From: Candidatus Saccharimonadales bacterium
Lineage (GTDB): Bacteria; Patescibacteriota; Saccharimonadia; Saccharimonadales; DASZAF01
Direction of reading: 5' to 3'
Length of the DNA stretch: 64,000 nt
NCBI GenBank assembly: GCA_035480055.1
Contig: DATIIB010000007.1
Span: forward strand, 68,360 to 132,359
In this document: in pieces, positions 49,005 through 56,434 of the stretch
Numbering within the stretch: the first letter of the stretch is position 1
How the letters are laid out: the number at the start of each line of letters is the position of its first letter
Made by a program: the position numbers and the translations under genes
The notes under the pieces: generated by a model
The model's database searches: none
What the model was told of the DNA's origin: nothing
Seen by the model: the letters and a program-made list of their open reading frames with translations, nothing else

Positions 49005-50801
49005 ATGAGCGCAAAAAACACGATTGATGCATACGCGGAGACAATTGGCTCGCTGATAACCTTTTCGAGTAACCCTCATACAATTGTTATACCGGAGTAT
49101 CAACGCTCATATTTGTGGGACGCTTCAAGAGTTAGCGACATACTTAAACTAAGTGATCCCGATAATAATGCTTTCGGTTTTATAGGGACTATGGTGTTTG
49201 TAAAAAACGCTGATGGTAGCCTTGAAGTTGTTGACGGACAGCAGAGGCTCCTTAGTATTGTCCTCGCCCTTTGCGCCTTCAGGGATTTTCTAGCGGAATT
49301 CTTGAAGGAAAGTCCAAATGAAGAAATTAATAGGATGCTCGACGAGATGAAGCGAGACGTGCAAAAAGATCAGCTCTTCGATCGCAAATCTTACTCAAAT
49401 GCAGACGGCAAATCACGGATACTTTTCAAACGCCCCTCATACGAGGCGTTTAAGAGCATCTACTTGTTAGGTGAGCGGGACTATGATGGTGAGGATGATG
49501 AGATTAAGAAAGAACTCGCCACATTCAGAAAAAATTATGAATCAGCTAGGCGGTACTTCCAGCAAAAGTACTCATCCCCACGCCGCGAGGTAGTTTCGCT
49601 ACTTGACCGAAGATTAGATAAGCTCAAGGGCTTGATGGTAAATACTATCTACATCGCTCAACCAGAGTATGCCGGTGAAGTCTTTGAGTCTATAAATGGC
49701 ACTGGCGTCAACTTAAAGTTGTCAGAACTTGTAAAAAATTACATATACCGCAACCTCAGCTTAGACACCGCAAGAAATAAATGGAATTTCATACAAGAAA
49801 ACTGTGCCAATAAAGATGATTACATTGAGATGATTATTAGATATGACTGGCAAAGTAGGTACGAGATAACAGACGAATATGAGATATTTCGATCAATCCG
49901 TACGAAAACAAAACCGTCAGACGTGGGGCATTACGCAGATAGGTTGCTGCGCTTATCCAACATTCTATCTTTCTACCTTGAGCCAACGGTAGAGAAGTTC
50001 AAAAAGCTTAAACTTACAGACAACTCGAACGACAAAAATCATATCATTAGATTGGCCGCCATTCTACGCTTGCTCGACGTTCGCCAATTCATGCGACTTA
50101 TATTTGCTCTGGATGCTGTGCGGGAAGTTGTCGGCATCAAGGAATATGTTAAATTACTCGATTTGATTGTCAGCTTTCAGGTTAGAGCAAAGATATCTGC
50201 GACCGGCTCAAACCTCATTGATGACATGTACTCAAGCCTCGGCAAAAGTTTGCAGCGGTTGAGTGATGGCATGGCCGAAGATACTATCTCTGACAATAAG
50301 GCTGACCTCAAAGTTCGAGACGAATTATTCAATAGGATGCGCAACCTTATGAGAAAGCTAAACGGCGATGAAGAATTCGAAGAAGCATTTGCTCGCTTTG
50401 CCAGGAAAAAATCAACCAAGAAGCCTCTCTTTAAGTACTTACTTGCCCAAATCGAGAACCGTTTACAGAAAAGCGAACTAGCTATCGACGTAAGAGACAA
50501 TCGCATAACCTTAGAAGAGATTTACCCCCAGACGCCTTCTTTGGCCTGGAGCAACTCTGATTGCGACGAAGAGGACATATACAAGATAGGCAATGCAACG
50601 ATTCTCATAGATAAAGATAACAAGCGTGCTACGAACGACGCCATAGATAAAAAGTACGAAGTTTATGCTGGCTCTAATCTTAAACTAAACCAGCAACTTG
50701 TCGACTTAGCCGGACGACAGAGCCCTACTTGGGGCAAAGAAAAAGTTAGACAAAGAGGGACATCTTTGGCAGAAAATGCAAAGGAAATCTGGAAACTTTA
50801 A
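49005..50801 (+). CDS. DUF262/DUF1524 (GmrSD-like) protein
   Basis: 598 aa with N-terminal IPEYQRSYLWD and DGQQRL (DUF262). The C-terminal LEEIYPQ...IGNATILIDKDNKRATN is DUF1524-like, but Glu occupies the usual (D/E)H position. Confidence 0.75.
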   Translation: MSAKNTIDAYAETIGSLITFSSNPHTIVIPEYQRSYLWDASRVSDILKLSDPDNNAFGFIGTMVFVKNADGSLEVVDGQQRLLSIVLALCAFRDFLAEFLKESPNEEINRMLDEMKRDVQKDQLFDRKSYSNADGKSRILFKRPSYEAFKSIYLLGERDYDGEDDEIKKELATFRKNYESARRYFQQKYSSPRREVVSLLDRRLDKLKGLMVNTIYIAQPEYAGEVFESINGTGVNLKLSELVKNYIYRNLSLDTARNKWNFIQENCANKDDYIEMIIRYDWQSRYEITDEYEIFRSIRTKTKPSDVGHYADRLLRLSNILSFYLEPTVEKFKKLKLTDNSNDKNHIIRLAAILRLLDVRQFMRLIFALDAVREVVGIKEYVKLLDLIVSFQVRAKISATGSNLIDDMYSSLGKSLQRLSDGMAEDTISDNKADLKVRDELFNRMRNLMRKLNGDEEFEEAFARFARKKSTKKPLFKYLLAQIENRLQKSELAIDVRDNRITLEEIYPQTPSLAWSNSDCDEEDIYKIGNATILIDKDNKRATNDAIDKKYEVYAGSNLKLNQQLVDLAGRQSPTWGKEKVRQRGTSLAENAKEIWKL

Positions 50802-50816
50802 CTGGCTGACAAATAG

Positions 50817-51044
50817 CTACAACCCCCGAAACAACTCCGCAACACTCACGCCCAAAGCTCGCGCAATTTTATCGAGCGTCACTAACCGCACCCAGCGCTT
50901 GCCTGTCTCAATATAAGCAATGGTGACAACACTCATATTCACCCGCTCGGCCAGTTGGCTTTGCGTCATACCTTTGCTTTTGCGTACTTCGGCAATACGC
51001 TTGCCGAATCTTTGGAGTAGTTTGTCTTCGTTTTGCTTGATCAT
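50817..51044 (-). CDS. XRE-family HTH transcriptional regulator
   Basis: 75 aa with MTQSQLAERVNMSVVTIAYIETGKR. Confidence 0.85.
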   Translation of the reverse strand: MIKQNEDKLLQRFGKRIAEVRKSKGMTQSQLAERVNMSVVTIAYIETGKRWVRLVTLDKIARALGVSVAELFRGL

Positions 51045-51075
51045 ACTTCAAGCGTAGAGAACATAAACCCAGAGT

Positions 51076-51098
51076 TAAATAAACTAGTAGTTTATTTA
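51076..51098. promoter_or_regulatory. perfect palindromic operator candidate TAAATAAACTA-G-TAGTTTATTTA
   Basis: 11-bp arms with a 1-nt spacer, in the divergent XRE/cassette intergenic region. Confidence 0.5.
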
Positions 51099-51132
51099 TG
51101 CTTCGTCCTATGCTACATTTATAGATACAAAG

Positions 51133-51147
51133 TAAACTACTAGTTTA
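51133..51147. promoter_or_regulatory. second palindromic site TAAACTA-C-TAGTTTA
   Basis: 7-bp arms. The 12-mer TAAACTACTAGT is identical to 46159-46170 just upstream of the transposase ATG. Confidence 0.45.
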
Positions 51148-51168
51148 TGTATACTTTGTGAGTAAAAT

Positions 51169-51441
51169 ATGGCGATTATTCAACTCCCCAGTCACGAATC
51201 CTTACCCGAAACAGTGGCTTGTGCCGTGTGCGACAAAGACATTCCACTTGAACGGGCAACGATTGGCATGCCGGGTGCAGATAATATCCAGCGCTTCGCC
51301 TGCAACGGTCACTTTTGGAATGGCCACCAGCTTATCAATGGCTGGGTAGACTTTCTAGTGCGGCAACGATTTGAATTATTGGCCCGTGGTATAGATAACG
51401 GCTTTGCAGGTGAGGAGGAATATGCACGAGCTTTACGTTGA
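51169..51441 (+). CDS. cassette zinc-ribbon-like protein, copy B
   Basis: 90 aa. CAVC...ATIG...QRFACNGHFW...INGWVDF, colinear with copies A and C. Confidence 0.6.
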   Translation: MAIIQLPSHESLPETVACAVCDKDIPLERATIGMPGADNIQRFACNGHFWNGHQLINGWVDFLVRQRFELLARGIDNGFAGEEEYARALR

Positions 51442-51865
51442 GCAACGGGATTTAGATGGTGAAGGCTCAGTATCTTGGGATATTGCCCACCATATGTACA
51501 GTAGGCAAATACGCGGGACGATTGCCGTCGTGGCAAAAGAACCGTTTGTACTCATGCGAACCGTCAAGAAGCAATGGTTGCGGGTATACCGCCAAGTGCA
51601 GCGAGAGCGATCCAGCACACTGGATGCGACACGCATCTTAGAGCTAACGCACCAACTTGCCTACATGCAAAATCTGTCCTTTACGTCCAAGCCACCCCAC
51701 GACTTACTGGAGGCAGATGTGACGTTCGCCACGGCAGAGGATTTTGTAGCTATACCACCGATTTGTCATACGATGTATGTAACTTACGAGGTCAGCAAGG
51801 AGCAACTGCATATGATGACAGCTTGGATGCCAAAGAAGGGGGTGGTGGTGATGTATACAAGGTGA
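51422..51865 (+). CDS. cassette partner protein, copy B
   Basis: The ORF begins at 51404, but the probable start is ATG 51422 behind GAGGAGG, overlapping the upstream gene by 20 nt. Core EPFVLMRTVKKQWLRVYRQVQRERSSTL. Confidence 0.6.
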   Translation: MHELYVEQRDLDGEGSVSWDIAHHMYSRQIRGTIAVVAKEPFVLMRTVKKQWLRVYRQVQRERSSTLDATRILELTHQLAYMQNLSFTSKPPHDLLEADVTFATAEDFVAIPPICHTMYVTYEVSKEQLHMMTAWMPKKGVVVMYTR

Positions 51866-51883
51866 GGCTGGCTTGGGGTATAC

Positions 51884-52366
51884 TTGAGGAGTATGCAAGA
51901 TACTATTACCGATACCCAAGCAGAAACCCTCATCCGCGAATGCCAAAAAGAAGCCCAAAAATCTATTGACGAGGGCAACCCACCATTCGGCTGTGTCATT
52001 ACCGATATGAGGGGCAACATTCTCATACGTGCTCACAACACACAGAACACTGATAACGATCCTACAGCTCATGCCGAGATAAAGGCATTAAGCCAACTAG
52101 GACGTAAACGTGGCAGTCGCTACCTTGATGATTGCGTAATCTTCGCCAATGCCGAAAGTTGCTCTATGTGCATGTCGGCAAGCATCAAGGCGAAAATCAC
52201 CGTTTTCTACTACGGTGCACCAGCTGAAGCAAAGATGAATCCTTGGCTTACCATGCAGGACGTTGCCGCTAAAGCAACTACCTCTCTTGAGCTACATGGC
52301 TCGATTCTTGCCGAGGAATGTGCCACGCAGATTAGTGGCGGCCGTAGACAGGAAGCAAAACTGTGA
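51884..52366 (+). CDS. CDA-fold nucleoside/nucleotide deaminase (TadA/guanine-deaminase-like)
   Basis: 160 aa with HAE(IKAL) and the SCSMC zinc motif. Confidence 0.8.
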   Translation: MRSMQDTITDTQAETLIRECQKEAQKSIDEGNPPFGCVITDMRGNILIRAHNTQNTDNDPTAHAEIKALSQLGRKRGSRYLDDCVIFANAESCSMCMSASIKAKITVFYYGAPAEAKMNPWLTMQDVAAKATTSLELHGSILAEECATQISGGRRQEAKL

Positions 52367-52821
52367 ACCTAGACGGCATATGGCACAGCCGATACGAATA
52401 CGGACGTGGTACAAATGACGAACCGCAAACTAGCGAGCATCGCATTAAGTTTACGAAGGACGGCGACACATGGGTTGGCACCAGCCTGCCAAATGATGAA
52501 GGTTCACAGGTGATGCTGACACTGATACAGAAGGGTGAAGAGTTTTCTGGCGAATGGAAAGAGCAAACCTCGCCTACCGGCTACTACAAGGGCAGAGAGT
52601 TTAGCGGCCTTATTCTACTACTGGCCAACCCAGATGGCACAGAGCTTAGCGGCATGTGCCTTGGAGCAGGAAGTAGTGCAAACCGCGTAAAAGCGAGCAA
52701 GTGGACGTTGAGGCGAGAGAACATTTCAGGTTCAAGCAAGGAGAATTTTACTGAGGTAGTGAAGATTATGGCAAATACGCCGCCAGTTAGCAATGAAGAA
52801 CTCAAGCGTCGGAAAAGCTAA
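52363..52821 (+). CDS. hypothetical protein
   Basis: 152 aa with a GTGA overlap onto the deaminase stop. Looks beta-rich. No recognised family. Confidence 0.5.
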   Translation: MNLDGIWHSRYEYGRGTNDEPQTSEHRIKFTKDGDTWVGTSLPNDEGSQVMLTLIQKGEEFSGEWKEQTSPTGYYKGREFSGLILLLANPDGTELSGMCLGAGSSANRVKASKWTLRRENISGSSKENFTEVVKIMANTPPVSNEELKRRKS

Positions 52822-52838
52822 TCTGATACGATATTGAG

Positions 52839-53375
52839 ATGAAGCTCTACCTCGCCAGACATTGCCGAACAAACTATAACGAACTGGAGCTTTGCAACGC
52901 CGATCCGACCATAGATGTACACCTTACATCCGGCGGTATTAAGCAAGCAGAGGCTTTAGCAGAAAAGCTCAAGCCAATACCTATCGACCACATCTTTGCC
53001 TCCGAGCTAAAGCGTACAATGCAGACAGCCGAAATAATCAACAGGTTCCACCACCTAGGGATAGAGGTGGATACTCGCCTTAATGATATTTACTCTGAGT
53101 TTGAAGGCAGACATTTTAGCGAGTACATGAAAGCGCTTGACGCTGTAAGCGATAGGTGGACGATTCACTTTAACGGCGGTGAGTCCATCGAAGATTTGAA
53201 GGCTCGCACGGCTCATTTTATCGATGAGTTGCGGAGCAAACCTTATGACTCAATACTAGTTATAACCTCTGAGTGGAACATCCGCGCAATGCTCACGCTC
53301 CTACAAGGTTCCAGCAATGAAAAAGCCTGGAGCGTCGATGTGGAGCAGGGTGGTTACGTGGAGCTTGAGATATAG
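52839..53375 (+). CDS. histidine phosphatase (phosphoglycerate mutase superfamily)
   Basis: 178 aa with LYLARHCRTNYN (an RHG-type motif with Cys) and IFASELKRTMQTAEI. Confidence 0.75.
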   Translation: MKLYLARHCRTNYNELELCNADPTIDVHLTSGGIKQAEALAEKLKPIPIDHIFASELKRTMQTAEIINRFHHLGIEVDTRLNDIYSEFEGRHFSEYMKALDAVSDRWTIHFNGGESIEDLKARTAHFIDELRSKPYDSILVITSEWNIRAMLTLLQGSSNEKAWSVDVEQGGYVELEI

Positions 53376-53402
53376 ATCAAGGCGAGCAAGTTTAGGGATT
53401 TA

Positions 53403-53427
53403 GGTCTGTAAAGTATATAGGCGCGTT
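53403..53427 (-). repeat. right terminal inverted repeat
   Basis: GGTCTGTAAAGTATATAGGCGCGTT is the reverse complement of the left IR at 24 of 25 positions. Confidence 0.8.
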
Positions 53428-53563
53428 TCATAATATCTACGCCGCTCAGCTTTGACCAAAGCTTTCCGAAACCGGCAGGAGAGTACCAGAACGAACCTAA
53501 TGCAATGCTAATTACCCACGCTACAATAATTGCTATTGGGTTGAGATTGGATAATTCTAACAT
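53428..53563 (-). pseudogene. DUF1761 gene, N-terminal fragment
   Basis: MLELSNLNPIAIIVAWVISIALGSFWYSPAGFGKLWSKLSGVDIM, after which the frame runs into the transposon IR. Confidence 0.75.
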
Positions 53564-53755
53564 TTTTAATTTCCTTACATGTAGTGTTATTAGCTGATTA
53601 TAGCAAAATACACCCTTGTAGGTGTATTTGATAAAACGTAAGAATGATGCACTGGATGCACTTTGTTTCGAACACTTTTTGGCACGGATGCATCCAATCA
53701 CCGAATCGTTTAGCGCTAAATGAGGGAGACCCACAATCTACTAACGGATTGTTTT

Positions 53756-54337
53756 TCAGCCTACTTCATTACTGCTAATAATCTTCTCGAGTTGTCCCTG
53801 AAATGACAAATATTGTTTTTCGAATGTCAGTTCGCCACTAATCTCGATGGTATTTTCGGTTGGCTCAGGGAGATCGGTGACACTGTCGAAACGGTCAATG
53901 AAATACTCCATTTTTTCGGCAGTATATTGATGACTGTCATCCCTAGCTTCACGCTCTTGGCCTCGTTTAAGTGCGGTTTCGCGACTTGTTTTAATCCACA
54001 CGAGTAGAGGTATTGCGCCTGATCCGTGGGCTATTTCTTCGATATTACGACGATTCTCTCGTTTGGTCTGCTGAGCATCATATATTACTGAATAGTTAGC
54101 AAGCAAAACTTGTCGTGCCGCATAATCCATCGCCCCGAACACATCATCGTACAGCCGAGCTCGATCGCTTATACGGATCTGCTCAATCATTTCGAGCGAC
54201 CCAAACATTGATAGCCTAAGGGCGTCACTATTAAGCGTTACAGCCCCTAACTTGTCGGCTAACTGTTTTGAGAAGTACGTTTTGCCTGAACCCGGAAAAC
54301 CGAGAAAGACGATAAGTAGGGGCTTGGTCATAGTCAT
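53756..54337 (-). CDS. P-loop kinase (AAA_33/zeta-toxin-like fold)
   Basis: 193 aa with Walker A GFPGSGKTYF. Confidence 0.65.
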   Translation of the reverse strand: MTMTKPLLIVFLGFPGSGKTYFSKQLADKLGAVTLNSDALRLSMFGSLEMIEQIRISDRARLYDDVFGAMDYAARQVLLANYSVIYDAQQTKRENRRNIEEIAHGSGAIPLLVWIKTSRETALKRGQEREARDDSHQYTAEKMEYFIDRFDSVTDLPEPTENTIEISGELTFEKQYLSFQGQLEKIISSNEVG

Positions 54338-54497
54338 ATTCTACTATCACATTCATACATAGCCTAACAATTGAATGGATGGGTCGAGCAGCTCTTGAAG
54401 CCCGTCTTCAGTGTTTGCTGCTCGGTGTCGGTGTCTAAAAATTAAATGGCCGCTTTCAATTGAGACCGCTTGCGACTTGCATGGATTGGTCTAGCCA

Positions 54498-55118
54498 CTA
54501 TGTCTCTTCTTGATGCTCCATCACAATAAACTCACCCTCTTTCAAGGCGTGAATCGGCAAGCTAGTATCGCCATATTCGGCTAGGTCATCGTAAGCCTTT
54601 TGCCAGTCAATCGAGCCGCACGGGTCATCATTACCAAAGTCAGAATGGTAGTGTGGGATGAATTTGATCGGCAGAATGCCCAGTCCATCGGCACAAGCGC
54701 GCCAATCACACGTCCAATGATGCGTAGCGAGCATATCTGAACTAGCTGAATTCGTAGCGACAACTTTACCTTTGAATAACTTACCTGGGTCATATTGCCT
54801 CATCCAATACTGCAAAAGATGATCATCGCCACCATGAAAGTAGATCACATCCGCTCGCTTGCACTGCTACTCAAATGTCGCAGGCAGAGCAAGTTCAAAA
54901 GATGGCTTCACACCATCAGGCATATCTTCGGCGATAGCATCGCTGTAGCCTTGGAACTTTGGTTCCCAGTATTCGCGTCCCTGAGCAAAACCACAAAGTA
55001 GGAATTTAGGATTACCGCCCAAGCCTTTCACAAGCTCTTGATGAAACTTTTTCTTGAGCTCTGGCCAATGCTTAATGCCACCTGAATTGATGGGACTTAA
55101 CAGGTATAAACGAGCTCT
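54498..55118 (-). pseudogene. decayed peptidase S51-like gene
   Basis: A continuous frame RLYLLSPINSGGIKHWPEL...PATFE*QCKRADVIYFHGGDD... carries an in-frame TAG at 54867-54869. No start codon follows the upstream TAA at 55119-55121. Confidence 0.45.
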
Positions 55119-55161
55119 TTAAGATCAAAAAAAGATACACCAAATCCTGATGTATCCTTTA

Positions 55162-55238
55162 TGGTGCGGGTCGGGGGACTCTAACCCCCGGCCTCATCCT
55201 TGGCAAGGATGCGCTCTAAACAACTGAGCTAGACCCGC
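55162..55238 (-). tRNA. tRNA-Gly(GCC)
   Basis: 77 nt with anticodon loop TTGCCAA and encoded CCA. Unusual D-loop AGTTGTTTA and T-loop TTAGAGT. Confidence 0.85.
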
Positions 55239-55384
55239 ATGATATGGGGGATTATAACGGAAATCGAGCATAGTTTCAAGAGAGTACGTGCAGTTATCTT
55301 GCGCGGCGAATCATCACCATTACTTTGCAAGAGTGTCTCAAACAGTACATAATTGTTAAATGGAAATGTACTTGCTTGCGCCAT

Positions 55385-56434
55385 ATGCCTCTGAATGACG
55401 ATCAACTAAAGGCTGTCCAGTGCGCAGAGTGCATTCTGAGCAGACCGGTGAAGAATGAAGAGGCAGCTAGCTTCACCGCCGAGGAGATACGATCTTGCAC
55501 TGGCTCGCCGGAAATAGTTGTGACATATCTTCTCAACAGATTTGTCGCGCATAGATTACTTCAGAAGCAGCCAGAGCCCTCCACCGTGCTTCATGGGGTG
55601 AGAAAGCCTTGGATGACCTACGCCCCAATTACTCCCCAAAACGGTGAGCCTTTCTTTATCCCCAAACAGCGCCCTGGTTGTGAGCGTACCACTTTTAGGA
55701 ACACAGTCGAGAGCCTGACCATACCTCAGCAAAAAGTACTTGGCTGTTTGGCCTGCCAGCATCATATACAAGAGAGGAAGCCCGCGCTGAGAATCGATCG
55801 GCCGAAAGTACGCAAGTGCGCAAAGCTCGCAGGCTCAACTACCGCGAATATTTTTAATAAACTTGAAGAGACCGGGCATATTATCGTGACAGATGAGGGT
55901 TCATTGGGTGGTGATCGGCGCATCGCTCCTAGCTATGCCTTCACCGAAGAAGGTCGGCAGCTGGGCGCCGCCGTGCCAGCTCCCGAGAGCTGTTTGTTGC
56001 GGCCTATACCTCGAGGAATAGATAAATGGGTAGCCATCAAAGTCTACGACCTCTACCCAATCCAGCCCCAAAAGACATTCGATGGCCTGCAGCGTCTGCT
56101 TAGGAAAGGCGTCCTGCAACAGCGATCCATAGACTGGCTCAAAGCATCGCGAACAGCAGAACAGGCTGCTCGTTTTGCCCAAGCACACGGATTACACGAT
56201 GTTGAGACTGATCGCTACTTAATGTTTAATCCAGTTGTGCTGCCCTGGTTTACGGCAGCGCAACAGGCGGCGATCGCCTTCCACTTTGGTGTAGATCGCT
56301 TGCTATTTGGTAAAGACTTCTCTTCCATAGAAATAAGTCGCGCGCTTTGCCTGGGAGGCAAGAATGATTTGACAACGTACGTGCGAGGACTTCTTGAACC
56401 ACTACCGGACGCACTGCAACGTGCCAAGGAATAA
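55385..56434 (+). CDS. hypothetical protein with repeated wHTH-like segments
   Basis: The ORF begins at 55325, with the probable start MPLNDDQ at 55385. Two similar segments (QLKAVQCAEC... / QQKVLGCLAC...). Confidence 0.4.
   Translation: MPLNDDQLKAVQCAECILSRPVKNEEAASFTAEEIRSCTGSPEIVVTYLLNRFVAHRLLQKQPEPSTVLHGVRKPWMTYAPITPQNGEPFFIPKQRPGCERTTFRNTVESLTIPQQKVLGCLACQHHIQERKPALRIDRPKVRKCAKLAGSTTANIFNKLEETGHIIVTDEGSLGGDRRIAPSYAFTEEGRQLGAAVPAPESCLLRPIPRGIDKWVAIKVYDLYPIQPQKTFDGLQRLLRKGVLQQRSIDWLKASRTAEQAARFAQAHGLHDVETDRYLMFNPVVLPWFTAAQQAAIAFHFGVDRLLFGKDFSSIEISRALCLGGKNDLTTYVRGLLEPLPDALQRAKE

Larger units (their letters stand above)
46120..53427. mobile_element. 7.3-kb IS1595-family cargo transposon
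   Basis: 25-bp terminal inverted repeats (24/25) and flanking TCAT duplication. An IS1595-type transposase sits at the left end. The insertion splits a DUF1761 ORF. Confidence 0.8.

Noticed and set aside
54867-54869. In-frame TAG as a possible stop-codon reassignment
   Set aside because: TAG terminates other good genes in the window (for example dabA at 38307-38309 and the excisionase gene at 20472-20474). The interrupted gene also lacks a start and has degenerate motifs, so a pseudogene is the simpler reading.
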